Source: Halobacteriovoraceae bacterium
GTDB taxonomy: Bacteria > Bdellovibrionota > Bacteriovoracia > Bacteriovoracales > Bacteriovoracaceae
Assembly (NCBI GenBank): GCA_963719505.1
Contig: CAVRCF010000005.1
Span: forward strand, 1,199,643-1,263,642
DNA: 64,000 nt
Direction of reading: 5' to 3'
Made by a program: the position numbers and the translations under genes. Under the pieces are notes generated by a model. The model was given only the letters and a program-made list of their open reading frames with translations, was not told the DNA's origin and searched no databases. How positions within the stretch are numbered: position 1 is the first letter of the stretch; every line of letters starts with the position of its first letter. Of this stretch, positions 9,454-19,558 are shown one piece after another.

Positions 9454-11373
9454 TTACTCTAAGAATAGTTTTTTATTTTCTTCTATAACAAACTTCACAC
9501 TTCTTTCTGTTCCCAGTAGTGGATTTGCGATGACACCTTTGTACGCACCAGCTGGTACTCTATAGTTGTCAATTGGTAGATCTCTTTCGACTTTATCTCC
9601 GTCGATATAGAAAATAATTTTTGAACCAGAAGTAAAGTTTCTTGAAGTACTAAGTAAACCTATTCTTTCTCTTTCTAAAGCTGGAACGTTGACGTTAACT
9701 TGTTGCTTAGTAGTATCAAGTCTAATCGCTTTATGAACATATTTTTTATAGCCAGATTTTTTAATCGTAACTTCTAATTTCTTATGCAGAGGGACCTTGA
9801 TCGCGATACCATCAAGTTCCATTTTTCTACCGTTAACAAAGACTTCCATATCAAAATCATAATTAGAGAATGTAATTGATCCTTGATCTCCCTGACTCGC
9901 CTTCGCTTGTCCTGGGTTTTGTCCCGAAACAGAGCTTGTTTTTCGACTTCCACCAAAGCTATCGCCAAGAATGTCTTTTACAACATCTTGCTGTGTATAG
10001 AGAAATCCGAAAACAAGAACTGAAGCAATCGCCCCATAGACCATATTATTTGATTTTTTCGGAGCAACTTGTTTAGAAGAACTCGTTCTCGTTCGAGTCG
10101 ATGCGGTTCTTCTGACACTTCTTGTTGTGGTTGCACTTTTTCTCGCTTGAGTCTTACCTGTTGTTGCTCTTCTTCCAACTTTCTTCGTTTGAGTTGCACC
10201 ATTTCGAACCTTAGTTGAAGTGGCATTGGCTCTTGTATCGAGAAGAAGTGTCTCCGATGCATCAATATTTTTTGTGTCTCCAAAGTCTAGAACAATTTTC
10301 GACTTTGTTAAACTTTTTGAATCAGCAACGGCATTAGACCCTGATCGAGACTCTCCATTAGCAGCATCATCTTTTATCTCTGCCAAGTATGGAGTAATAT
10401 CGATCTTTCCATAGTTAACAAATTTCTTTTTATCTGATGTAATCTCTTCTGCAAATAGTTGTTCTGCAAAAGAATTTAAATCTGTTGGGTTAAAGTCTGG
10501 ATAATTTTGATAAAGAAACTTAACAAGAGCTCTGTTAAATTTATCCATATCTTCATAACGCCCACTTCTATCTTTAGAAAGAGCTTTAAGAACAATTGCG
10601 TCTAATTCTTTTGGAATATGAGGGTTGAACTTTGATGGTGGTGGAATTTTACAGGCTTGAATCTGCTTTAAAACCGCAAGATCGTTATTCGCCGTAAAAA
10701 GTTTTCTTCCCGTCAACATTTCCCACAAAGTAATACCAACAGCGAATTCATCATAGCGAGGGTCTAAATCTAACCCATCGAGATACTCTGGTGCTAAGTA
10801 AGAGAGTTTCCCCTTGATCGTTCCCGCTTGAGTGGCTTCAGAGTTTGAATCAGCTTTAGCGATACCAAAGTCAATAACTTTAACTGCTCCGTCATAAGTT
10901 AACATTATATTATGAGGAGAAATATCTCTATGAATAATATTAAAAGGTTTCCCCGTCAATTTGTCTGTGAATGTATGAGCATAATGAAGCGCCTGACAAA
11001 CCTGAGAGATAATATAAACAGAGATTTCCTCAGGAAAAACACACTTTCTCTCTTTAAGTCTATCAAGGTATTGTTTTAAGTTTGCACCATCAACGTATTC
11101 CATTGCTGTAAAGAGTTGAGCGTTTACCATTCCATAGTCGTACATTTGCACAATATTAGGGTGAAGAAGACCAAACGTTACATTTATCTCATCTTCAAAC
11201 ATTTGAACAAATGAAGGGTCTTTAGAAAACTGCTGTTGAACCATCTTTATGGCCACAATCTTATTTGCTTGCTCACCTAAATAACGGGCCCGACAAATTT
11301 TTGCCATACCACCGTCAACTAAATGATCTAGGATAAGATACTTTCCAAATCTTTCAAATTTATTTTCGCTCAT
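9454..11373 (-). CDS. Membrane-anchored Hanks-type Ser/Thr protein kinase with C-terminal PEGA-like region
   Basis: GGMA, VAIK, HRDISPHN, DFGIAK, YLAPE; one TM helix (MVYGAIASVLVFGFLY) after a Thr/Arg-rich linker. Confidence 0.9.
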   Translation of the reverse strand: MSENKFERFGKYLILDHLVDGGMAKICRARYLGEQANKIVAIKMVQQQFSKDPSFVQMFEDEINVTFGLLHPNIVQMYDYGMVNAQLFTAMEYVDGANLKQYLDRLKERKCVFPEEISVYIISQVCQALHYAHTFTDKLTGKPFNIIHRDISPHNIMLTYDGAVKVIDFGIAKADSNSEATQAGTIKGKLSYLAPEYLDGLDLDPRYDEFAVGITLWEMLTGRKLFTANNDLAVLKQIQACKIPPPSKFNPHIPKELDAIVLKALSKDRSGRYEDMDKFNRALVKFLYQNYPDFNPTDLNSFAEQLFAEEITSDKKKFVNYGKIDITPYLAEIKDDAANGESRSGSNAVADSKSLTKSKIVLDFGDTKNIDASETLLLDTRANATSTKVRNGATQTKKVGRRATTGKTQARKSATTTRSVRRTASTRTRTSSSKQVAPKKSNNMVYGAIASVLVFGFLYTQQDVVKDILGDSFGGSRKTSSVSGQNPGQAKASQGDQGSITFSNYDFDMEVFVNGRKMELDGIAIKVPLHKKLEVTIKKSGYKKYVHKAIRLDTTKQQVNVNVPALERERIGLLSTSRNFTSGSKIIFYIDGDKVERDLPIDNYRVPAGAYKGVIANPLLGTERSVKFVIEENKKLFLE

Positions 11374-11390
11374 ATTAAAACCTCAAGAAC

Positions 11391-11418
11391 TTATCGACCA
11401 ATTTTAGGTTTTCCTTAA
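11391..11418 (-). promoter_or_regulatory. Sigma28 (FliA)-type promoter of the kinase gene
   Basis: Minus strand TTAAG-N15-GTCGATAA, ending 17 nt before the ATG. Confidence 0.65.
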
Positions 11419-11464
11419 TAGGAATAGAGGACTTTTTTTATATTAACATGATTCTGGAGTAAAA

Positions 11465-11492
11465 TTATCGGCTTAGAGCAGATCAACCTTTG
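11465..11492 (-). promoter_or_regulatory. Second sigma28-type promoter upstream of the kinase gene
   Basis: Minus strand CAAAG-N15-GCCGATAA. Confidence 0.5.
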
Positions 11493-12003
11493 TAAAACCA
11501 GGAATTGTCGTCCAAATAGATTTTATTTCTGGAACGGTACTGGATGCACAAAAGCCTGTAACCTTGTGATTTTCAAAGTTCATTTCGTTAACTGTAACAT
11601 GAGCTTGAATATTGGCCTTAAATTTAGGGATGTTTATTTCTCGAAGCCCGGCCTCTTTAAGAGCCCCCGTTAACTTCACTCGAGACAGAGTCCGAAAGTT
11701 GTTTGTATACAAAAGTGCCACATAAAATTGACTGCAACTATTTAAAAGTTCATCCTTACTAGTGCCTAACCACCTTGAAAAAGGAGACTTTTCATCAAGT
11801 TTAACTAGGAGTATATCTGCTGATAGTTTCGCTTTTTGATACCATGATGTTCTCTTAAAGATGAGTGAATCATCCCACTTTCCATCTTTATCTACCCCAC
11901 CAACAAAAGCGATATTCTCTTTTACCACCTTATTTGTCTCCACCATTGATGCACAACCAAAACCCACAATTGAAATGAGGATGAGTGATAGATATTTTTT
12001 CAT
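11473..12003 (-). CDS. Hypothetical lipoprotein
   Basis: Signal peptide with lipobox-like GFGC. Confidence 0.7.
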   Translation of the reverse strand: MKKYLSLILISIVGFGCASMVETNKVVKENIAFVGGVDKDGKWDDSLIFKRTSWYQKAKLSADILLVKLDEKSPFSRWLGTSKDELLNSCSQFYVALLYTNNFRTLSRVKLTGALKEAGLREINIPKFKANIQAHVTVNEMNFENHKVTGFCASSTVPEIKSIWTTIPGFTKVDLL

Positions 12004-12908
12004 TTTTTCTCCCAGGTTTTATTTTTTATATAATGACTAATTTCTTTGAACGCTTGTGATCTGTCTTTGTCGTTTAATAAATCGTGCTTTGAATTAGGAT
12101 ACAAAGAGACTTTTGTTTTTGTTTTATCAAGTCCACTTATGAACAACTTCGTCTTCTCATTATCAACTATAGAGTCATCCCCTGACAATAAAAAGAAAAA
12201 GGGATTTTTTAAATAATATGAATAAGGTGTAATTGTTTTGCTCGTTTTTAAAATTTCAAGACCTAGCTTCATTGTCATAAATTTAGAGTTCAGAGGATCG
12301 TGATTAAAGGCAATTGCTCTTTCTCTATCCCCGGTTAAGTCAAAACCATCGTACAGAGAAGGAAGTCTGAGTTTTCCAAGCTTTGAAGAAAAAAGAAGAC
12401 TCAAATTACTTAAGAAGGGAGGCAGGTCTATTTTGGGCTTGATGCAAGGATTAGTCAAAATAACTGACGATACCTTAAATGGAATTTGATCTGCTTTATC
12501 AACAAGAGTCTTTATAAGAACCATTCCCCCTAGACTATGACCAATGAAATGTGTTTCGACCTCGTGTTCACTATAGAGGTGGTGAAAAAGTCTCGTAAAC
12601 TTCAAGAAGTCCTCTACAAAATAGTCAAATTTTTCTATATAGGCACGAGAGCCTCCACTTAGGCCATGGCCAACTAAATCCATCGAAGAGATAACGACAC
12701 TTTTACCTATGGTATCTCTTAAGTGATCAAAGAGTTCATTGTGTCTTTTGTGGTATTCGACAGCTCCGTGTTGAAAAATGATATGGATTATTTTTTTTGG
12801 AAGCTTTGTCTTAGGGTAAAGAGTTTTTGTAAAGCAATGAGCTTTTCCTTGAGATGATTCAAAGTTTGAATCGACTACGCGGTGGAGCTCATGTGCAGAC
12901 TTTGTCAT
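12000..12908 (-). CDS. Alpha/beta hydrolase (lysophospholipase-like)
   Basis: HG..EY, DLVGHGLS, nucleophile elbow GHSLGG, C-terminal D and H. Confidence 0.85.
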   Translation of the reverse strand: MTKSAHELHRVVDSNFESSQGKAHCFTKTLYPKTKLPKKIIHIIFQHGAVEYHKRHNELFDHLRDTIGKSVVISSMDLVGHGLSGGSRAYIEKFDYFVEDFLKFTRLFHHLYSEHEVETHFIGHSLGGMVLIKTLVDKADQIPFKVSSVILTNPCIKPKIDLPPFLSNLSLLFSSKLGKLRLPSLYDGFDLTGDRERAIAFNHDPLNSKFMTMKLGLEILKTSKTITPYSYYLKNPFFFLLSGDDSIVDNEKTKLFISGLDKTKTKVSLYPNSKHDLLNDKDRSQAFKEISHYIKNKTWEKK

Positions 12909-12911
12909 TTT

Positions 12912-13682
12912 CTATTCTTTTATATACGAGTTAATAGCTGAAACTGCTTCCTCTCCAAGATCGTGAAACCTAAAAGAGAAGCCCTGACCGCCTTCGAGAA
13001 GTCGCACAATTTTTCCAGAAGCCACAAAACTGTGCTCACTTGTTTCCGGATGCACATTGATATCGATACTCTCCCCGACATTACCTGGAAACTGATCGAT
13101 AAGCACCTGCATTCCGCCTACCGAGACATCTCTGCATATTCCTTCAAAAACCTTTTGATTATTCTGGATAAACATTCTTGCTATAAATGGTTTTCTCTTA
13201 AAAGCTCTTTTATCTTCCTCATTTATTTCAGGAGGAAGTTCATCGAAGGTTTGCTCAAAGTCTTCAAATTCTGAAATAAGAGACCAATTGTTTTGACCGG
13301 TTGAAAAAATAAACGTTTTAGCGTTGATTCTATTTTCTTTGTAGAGTTTTAAAAGTGTTTCTAATGAAAAGGGTCCATACTCAATTTCTTCCGCGCCTCT
13401 ATCAGCACCAATTTTTATATAGTAAAGTTTATCTGTACGGCTCTTTGATGAAAACTTTAACTCTGTTATAGGCGCAGGAATATCAAGCTTTGGTGGATTT
13501 GAAGGCGCTTGCTGACTCTTTTTAGAAAAATCTGACACCTCTGTGATCTTCATCCAGTTATCAAAGCCTTTTTGCCAAACGTAGTCCTCTTCTTTAATAA
13601 TATTGTCATTATAAAGCTCTTGAACGGTTTCTTTTGTTACTGGTCCTTGTCTTTCACCATTTAAAACATAATACCAACTCAT
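12912..13682 (-). CDS. Tandem GYF_2 (DUF4339) domains plus PilZ domain
   Basis: WYYV...GPV...VWQKGFDNW; second YGPFS...NW repeat; PilZ RAFKR and DVSVGG. Confidence 0.8.
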   Translation of the reverse strand: MSWYYVLNGERQGPVTKETVQELYNDNIIKEEDYVWQKGFDNWMKITEVSDFSKKSQQAPSNPPKLDIPAPITELKFSSKSRTDKLYYIKIGADRGAEEIEYGPFSLETLLKLYKENRINAKTFIFSTGQNNWSLISEFEDFEQTFDELPPEINEEDKRAFKRKPFIARMFIQNNQKVFEGICRDVSVGGMQVLIDQFPGNVGESIDINVHPETSEHSFVASGKIVRLLEGGQGFSFRFHDLGEEAVSAINSYIKE

Positions 13683-13780
13683 AAATCTAAACCCTTATTT
13701 AAACAATTTTTCTTAACCTTATTTTACAATGCTTTTAATAACTTAGAGCCTTTATGGCAGTATTTTCCCTAATAAACCAT

Positions 13781-13808
13781 TAAAGTTTTGGATTTATAAA
13801 ACCGACTA
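13781..13808 (+). promoter_or_regulatory. Sigma28-type promoter of the vWA lipoprotein gene
   Basis: TAAAG-N15-ACCGACTA. Confidence 0.55.
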
Positions 13809-13842
13809 GTCTTATGGAGTTATTCTTATTTAAGGATTTTTT

Positions 13843-15258
13843 ATGAAAAGAGTATTTATATTTCTTCTGATCACCCTTCTTTCTGTATCATGCGGAGAGG
13901 AGATTTTGACTCAGGGAACATTGAGTGAAGACTTTACAGCAAGTGATCTTCAAGGGTTTGAGCTGAACACCTGCTCTCAAATGACCTTTGAAAAACCTCC
14001 TGTGGATATCCTTTTCGTTATCGATAACTCGGGAAGTTCCCTGCTTCCAAGTTTTAATAATATTAAACAACAAATAAGAAATACCGTTAATACCATATCA
14101 AATGAGTTTGATTTTCATATTTATGTTGCTCCTTTGATTCCACTTCAGGGAGAATCCCTGACTCAATATCAAACTGTCGTAAGTGATCCTTCAACGCTAC
14201 CAAATCAATCCTCTGTTAATATTGTCAGCATTGAAAATCTATCGCTTTTTGCAACTGCGACAGGAAATAATGATGAGCATGGGATAAGCAGAGCTTTAGA
14301 TCTTATCAACGGAAACAGAACAAACGGTATTTTTAGACAGAAAGCAAATACAATTATTGTCACCATCTCTAATGGTGATGACACTGAGGCGATTACGACA
14401 GTTCAAGGTAACTCATACTTTGATCCCAATAAATTTAATCAATTAAAAAACTCTGTTAAAAGTTTAAGTGCTAAGTTTAACCCTTCAAATAGTGGACTCC
14501 AAGCTGAGTCTCTGAGATATATCACTCTTGTTTCTCACACCAACTGCAATGGATGGAAGCCAGGGGTTATTTACAAAAAGATGAGTAATGAGATTTATTC
14601 TGAAATGGGAAATACTGATGATCCATCTCAAAGAGACAGTAAAGACCTCTGCTCAGGAAACTACGCAAACCTTTTTGCATCAATCAATAATAGTATTAAA
14701 GCTGTTGTCGTTGGTCACAAGTATGACCACTGGAAAATTAGTAATGCTGGTCCAACAGCGATTCAAGATGATGATATAACAGTGACGAGAGTTAGCCCAA
14801 GCGGAGCAACTCAAAACATACAAGCCGGTACAACCAATGGATTTGAATACTTAGGTTACAGATCTGGACAAAATACACGTTTCGAACCAACAATTGGTGA
14901 GCCTAAAACTGGTCTTATGATCAAGCTCAATGGTTCAGCGCAAGTTAGCTACCCAGACTGTATTATCGCAAAGACGAGAACTCCAACAGAATACTTTGGA
15001 TACCTAGCTCTTCCAAGAGAGCCACAAGCGGGATCAATTAAAGTTATAATCAGAGGACAAGAGTATTCACAAAACTCGACAAATGGTTGGGGCTATATAG
15101 GATACTTAGAAACTAAGAATATAAAGGTTCCTGGACCAACTGGAGCGAGTACAAATCCTCCACTTAATAAAACAGGATACTTCGTTCAGCTTTTCGGTGA
15201 TGCTATTTTCACTAACGGTGATTCGATAGAAGTTTATTATAAGCCAGCTTCTTTATAG
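13843..15258 (+). CDS. vWA-domain lipoprotein
   Basis: Lipobox-like SVSC; VDILFVIDNSGSS MIDAS motif; IIVTISNGDD. Confidence 0.75.
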   Translation: MKRVFIFLLITLLSVSCGEEILTQGTLSEDFTASDLQGFELNTCSQMTFEKPPVDILFVIDNSGSSLLPSFNNIKQQIRNTVNTISNEFDFHIYVAPLIPLQGESLTQYQTVVSDPSTLPNQSSVNIVSIENLSLFATATGNNDEHGISRALDLINGNRTNGIFRQKANTIIVTISNGDDTEAITTVQGNSYFDPNKFNQLKNSVKSLSAKFNPSNSGLQAESLRYITLVSHTNCNGWKPGVIYKKMSNEIYSEMGNTDDPSQRDSKDLCSGNYANLFASINNSIKAVVVGHKYDHWKISNAGPTAIQDDDITVTRVSPSGATQNIQAGTTNGFEYLGYRSGQNTRFEPTIGEPKTGLMIKLNGSAQVSYPDCIIAKTRTPTEYFGYLALPREPQAGSIKVIIRGQEYSQNSTNGWGYIGYLETKNIKVPGPTGASTNPPLNKTGYFVQLFGDAIFTNGDSIEVYYKPASL

Positions 15259-16299
15259 TTAGTTACTTTTAGATTCGTTTAGCTTTTGAATAAGGTGAAC
15301 GAATTTAATATGAGGCAGTTGTCTTTTTAATTTTAAATAGAAGACTTCAATAAACATTCCACCACCATCGAGAATAACGTCTCCAACAAGGCTATGTTCT
15401 CTAGCATCGTCCAAAGATTCAAGTGTGACACCTGCTTTTTCTGTTTTCCAGCCTTCTATCAAATGCTTAATAGGCACGAGAATCTTTTCTTCTTTATCGA
15501 ATTCCATTTTAAGAGTTTCTTTCCAGATGGCTTTTAGAAAAGTGACTCCCGCTGGAAGTATCTTCAACTTCTCCTCTTCAACAATATGTTTTTCGGTGTT
15601 GTAAAAAACAAAAAGTGATTTTATGGCTTCGATATTTTTTAATATATAAATCTTTGGTAGTCCGTCTTTATCATCTAGAATTTCCATCAAGCCCATATCA
15701 ACAAGAACAAAGACTAGCTCATCGAGTTTAACTTCCATTATAGAATAGATATCTCGCATATAAAGATCTATTGTCTTTCTATGAATTGCTAAGCCAAGAT
15801 TATGCTTTTCTCCGTGGGCCTTATACATGAGAAAGAAAGTTCCAAGAATTTTCATGATATCGTTTGCTTTGAGAAACTCATAGCCTGCGACTTTCCCAGA
15901 TCCATAATTTAAACTCGCTGAATTACTCTCTAGCTCTTTTACTCGAGCGTTGGTGACCTTCAGCCTTTTTACAAGTGTATTGATAATTGTCTTAAACCAA
16001 GGGTTTAAACCAGACATTGTTTTAGCAAAAGCAGAAAAAGAAATTTCGATAACTTCACTTGTGATCATGGCACTCGCGGCGCAACTTCTTCGACTGGATC
16101 CATTGTCATCAAAGTAGGCCATCTCTCCGATAACCTCTCCCGTTCTTAAAACGGCAATTTCAACAAATCCCTTTCCCTTGGGTTTATAAAGTCTGAGCTG
16201 ACCGCTTTGAATAATATACAAGGAGCTGGCGTGTTCTCCATCTTCAAAGAGAACTTCGTTAGGTTTTAAAACTCTTATTCCAGACTTTCCAGCGCTCAT
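15259..16299 (-). CDS. Cyclic nucleotide-binding domain protein
   Basis: LFEDGE, LYIIQSG, GEVIGEMAYF, RSCAA. Confidence 0.8.
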   Translation of the reverse strand: MSAGKSGIRVLKPNEVLFEDGEHASSLYIIQSGQLRLYKPKGKGFVEIAVLRTGEVIGEMAYFDDNGSSRRSCAASAMITSEVIEISFSAFAKTMSGLNPWFKTIINTLVKRLKVTNARVKELESNSASLNYGSGKVAGYEFLKANDIMKILGTFFLMYKAHGEKHNLGLAIHRKTIDLYMRDIYSIMEVKLDELVFVLVDMGLMEILDDKDGLPKIYILKNIEAIKSLFVFYNTEKHIVEEEKLKILPAGVTFLKAIWKETLKMEFDKEEKILVPIKHLIEGWKTEKAGVTLESLDDAREHSLVGDVILDGGGMFIEVFYLKLKRQLPHIKFVHLIQKLNESKSN

Positions 16300-16308
16300 A
16301 AAATTGGC

Positions 16309-17469
16309 CTATAGCCTTTCTATAATCATACTTAAAGCTTCACCACCACCAATACAGATTGCAGCACAGCCAAGCTTCTTATTCTCTCTTTCCATTGCGT
16401 TCATAAGTGTTAGAAGAATTCTTGCACCGCTTGTACCTATTGGGTGACCAAGACTAACTCCTCCTCCAAAAATATTGACCTTTTTATGATCGAGTTCAAG
16501 CTCTTTAATCGCGACCATCGCCACAGCAGCAAAAGCTTCGTTAATTTCCCAAAGGTCTATGTCAGAAACTTTTAATCCCGCTTTAGCTAAGTTCTTTTTA
16601 ACGGCTTCCACAGGTGCAGTTGTAAACCATGTCGGGTTTTGAGCATGACTGGCAAAAGAGTGAATTTTGAATTTTGCTTGGTCTTTATATTTTTCAGAAC
16701 CTAGAACAAGTGCACAAGCTCCATCATTGATCGTCGAAGCGTTAGCAGCTGTTATCGTTCCCTCTTTTTCAAAAGCTGGTCTAAGAGTTGAAACTTTATC
16801 GAACTTTACTTTTGAAGGGCCCTCATCCTCAGAAACAGTAACATCACCTTTACGACTTGAGATTGTCACAGGTGTAATTTCACTGGCAAAGACACCATCG
16901 GCTTGAGCTTTTTGAGCACGTTTAAAGGATTCGATCGAGAAGTTGTCCTGCGCCTCTCTTGAGAGATCATATTTCTTAGTGCACTCTTCAGCGCAATTGC
17001 CCATTGGTCTATCAGAGTAGACGTCCCATAATCCATCCCACTGCATTGAATCTTTAAGCTTAGTTTCTCCAAACTTAAAACCATTTCTTGAGTTTGGTAA
17101 TAAATGAGGCGCCAAAGACATATTTTCCATTCCACCTGATACGACAATGTCATTCTCACCTGTCATGATTGACCTTGCTCCAAGAATGACTGACTGCAAA
17201 CCAGAGCCACAAACTTTATTGATCGTAGTCGCTGTTACAGATTCTGGGAGTCCAGCAAAAAGAGTTGCTTGTCTTGCAGGTGCTTGACCAACTCCGGCTT
17301 GAACGACATTTCCCATAAAAACTTCTTGAACATTGTCTTTTGAAATTTTTGAATTTTTCAAAGCCCCTTCAATAGCAACAGCTCCAAGCTTTGGTGCAGT
17401 TACAGAAGATAAGCTTCCTAAAAATGATCCCTGTGGTGTTCTTGAGCCACCTAAAATGTAAACAGTCAT
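16309..17469 (-). CDS. atoB: Acetyl-CoA C-acetyltransferase (thiolase)
   Basis: NKVCGSG, EINEAFA, GHPIGTSG, CIGGG. Confidence 0.9.
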   Translation of the reverse strand: MTVYILGGSRTPQGSFLGSLSSVTAPKLGAVAIEGALKNSKISKDNVQEVFMGNVVQAGVGQAPARQATLFAGLPESVTATTINKVCGSGLQSVILGARSIMTGENDIVVSGGMENMSLAPHLLPNSRNGFKFGETKLKDSMQWDGLWDVYSDRPMGNCAEECTKKYDLSREAQDNFSIESFKRAQKAQADGVFASEITPVTISSRKGDVTVSEDEGPSKVKFDKVSTLRPAFEKEGTITAANASTINDGACALVLGSEKYKDQAKFKIHSFASHAQNPTWFTTAPVEAVKKNLAKAGLKVSDIDLWEINEAFAAVAMVAIKELELDHKKVNIFGGGVSLGHPIGTSGARILLTLMNAMERENKKLGCAAICIGGGEALSMIIERL

Positions 17470-17614
17470 ATATTTTCCTTTGATTTAATTTTGCTTTATT
17501 TTATGTATTTTCTTTAATAATTACCACCAAGAAAGGACCTTTTTTACTAAAGTTGTCTTGTTTTAGTCTCAAAATTTTGCTATTTTCCACGCTTATCACC
17601 CACAGGAGAAGAGT

Positions 17615-18073
17615 ATGGAAATCGGTCGTTACCCAGAGAGTCAATTAAGCGTTGGTAAAAGCCTTCCCACTGAATGGATAGAGTCTTTTGTGGGGCTTTT
17701 AACGCAAACTTACTTTGCTCAAACAGAGAAAGACCACCGATTTTTTGACGTGTATGGACAAATATTTGGGCAAGAAATCGTTTTTGTCATTTCTTATATT
17801 CACCATGATGACCACCTAGCCGCTCCTATAACTATTTATCTCTCCCATGAGATCGTCGATGATAAAACAACAAAAAATGCATTGGAGAAAGTTGTCAATC
17901 TCACCGGTCATATCTTGGATGACATATTCTCTCAGGAAGATTGGAATGATTTCGTTCCAAATTGGACGGAAAATAATTACGATCAAATACCTTTTCACTA
18001 CAAGATCACAAGAGAAAATGTTGGGCTGTCTCTTCAAGCAGAAGAAATTCTCAAAAAAGATGGATTAATTTAG
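17615..18073 (+). CDS. Hypothetical protein
   Basis: 152-aa ORF with AGGAG RBS filling the gap between genes. Confidence 0.7.
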   Translation: MEIGRYPESQLSVGKSLPTEWIESFVGLLTQTYFAQTEKDHRFFDVYGQIFGQEIVFVISYIHHDDHLAAPITIYLSHEIVDDKTTKNALEKVVNLTGHILDDIFSQEDWNDFVPNWTENNYDQIPFHYKITRENVGLSLQAEEILKKDGLI

Positions 18074-18091
18074 TCATATCATTTGACCAGC

Positions 18092-18119
18092 TTTAGTTTT
18101 ATCGACATCATGTCGATAA
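18092..18119 (+). promoter_or_regulatory. Sigma28-type promoter overlapping a palindrome
   Basis: TTTAG-N15-GTCGATAA; contains TTATCGACAT-C-ATGTCGATAA. Confidence 0.55.
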
Positions 18120-18154
18120 CGCATATGTCATAACCCGTGAAGCTAAAGGTTTAA

Positions 18155-19525
18155 ATGAAGGTTTTAATTATTCAAGAAAAGAGTGAAATTAGAGATTATC
18201 TCCAATTTGCCCTTAGCGCATTTGAACAAATTGAACTCTCCATTACAGGATCAGTTAGCCAAGCCATAGACTATCTTCACCTTCAGAAAGACTTCAATGC
18301 TATTTTTATTGGTAATAAAGTCACAAAAGATACTGAACCAAAAGAGTTACTGACACAAATCATCACTTATTGCAGAGCTAATGATTCGATACTTATTGGA
18401 ACCAATAAGGGGCTAGAAGAATATCTAGGAGAGAACTATATTCATCCGATGGCTTCAATTCTCTCTATCAACAGAAAAATTAAATCAATTCTTGGACTTG
18501 ATACAAAACATCTCGATCTTGAAAATTTTATCCCTGTCTCTTTTGAATTGTGTTCACAATTTAAGATCTTACCTTGTGACCTTCACTTTAAGATTGGTAA
18601 AGGTGAACAAACAAAACACCTTAAAAGGTATATGAAAGGTAGTAAAATCGATAAAGCATCGATGAGAGAATATAGTGAAAAGAATCTTGTTAATATTTAT
18701 GTTAGAAAAGAAGATTATAAAAGTATTGATCAATTTTTAAAAAGTAAAATGACTTCGGTTGAAAATGCAAGTGTCAATACTGTTACAGGTATATCGACTT
18801 CTTATTTTGAATCCTTAGAAGAGTCTATTGATTACGGCTCTTACATCATAAAGACTTCTGGAATGGTGGGCTTTGATACAAAGAAAACTCACCTGCTTGC
18901 AAAGAAACTTCAGTCACAGGTTAATAACCTCTCTACAACTGAAAAAGATAAAATTGAAGATATGTTTAAATTATCATTAACCAGTAAAAGTAATATTGAT
19001 TTAAAAATCAACTCACTTTGCTCGATAATTTCGACAAATTTAATAAACCAATACACATGGGGAACGACAGAGATGGTTGAGATGCTCATGTATGCATCCG
19101 CCTTTCATAATATTGGCCTCAGCGGAAATTCACAACTTATTACAGTCATCACAGAAGAAGAGTTTAATCAGCTTCAACCTGATGAGAAAGCTCTTATCAA
19201 ACACCACGCCGCTTACAGTGCAAGTATAGCGGGAGCTCTCGATTTCATTCACCCCAATGTCAAGAAGCTTATCAGAGAGCAACACGGTTTTGCCGATGGT
19301 GAACAGTTTATTGGTGAAAAACAAAACACCTCAAACTTCACCGCAATGTTTAGAATTGTCTCAGAGTTAGCAACAGAGTTTATCAAGGATTTTGAGCTAA
19401 ACAATGACGAGTTTAATGCTTTAAAAGTTATTTACAGAGAGAGAGAGAGAAATAACAATGAGTACCCTGAAATCTATGACGCCTTAATTGATTGCATTCC
19501 AAAAGACTTAGTAAAACCTCTATAA
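18155..19525 (+). CDS. Degenerate receiver plus degenerate HD-GYP-like protein
   Basis: REC-like N-terminus (KVLIIQE); AFHNIG at the HD position; IREQHGFADGEQF in place of HHE...GYP. Confidence 0.6.
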   Translation: MKVLIIQEKSEIRDYLQFALSAFEQIELSITGSVSQAIDYLHLQKDFNAIFIGNKVTKDTEPKELLTQIITYCRANDSILIGTNKGLEEYLGENYIHPMASILSINRKIKSILGLDTKHLDLENFIPVSFELCSQFKILPCDLHFKIGKGEQTKHLKRYMKGSKIDKASMREYSEKNLVNIYVRKEDYKSIDQFLKSKMTSVENASVNTVTGISTSYFESLEESIDYGSYIIKTSGMVGFDTKKTHLLAKKLQSQVNNLSTTEKDKIEDMFKLSLTSKSNIDLKINSLCSIISTNLINQYTWGTTEMVEMLMYASAFHNIGLSGNSQLITVITEEEFNQLQPDEKALIKHHAAYSASIAGALDFIHPNVKKLIREQHGFADGEQFIGEKQNTSNFTAMFRIVSELATEFIKDFELNNDEFNALKVIYRERERNNNEYPEIYDALIDCIPKDLVKPL

Positions 19526-19553
19526 AAAAAAAGCCCCCTATTTGGAGGCTTTT
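19524..19553 (-). terminator. Intrinsic terminator between convergent genes
   Basis: Minus strand AAAAGCCTCC-AAATA-GGGGGCTTTTTTTTT. Confidence 0.75.
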
Positions 19554-19558
19554 ATTAT

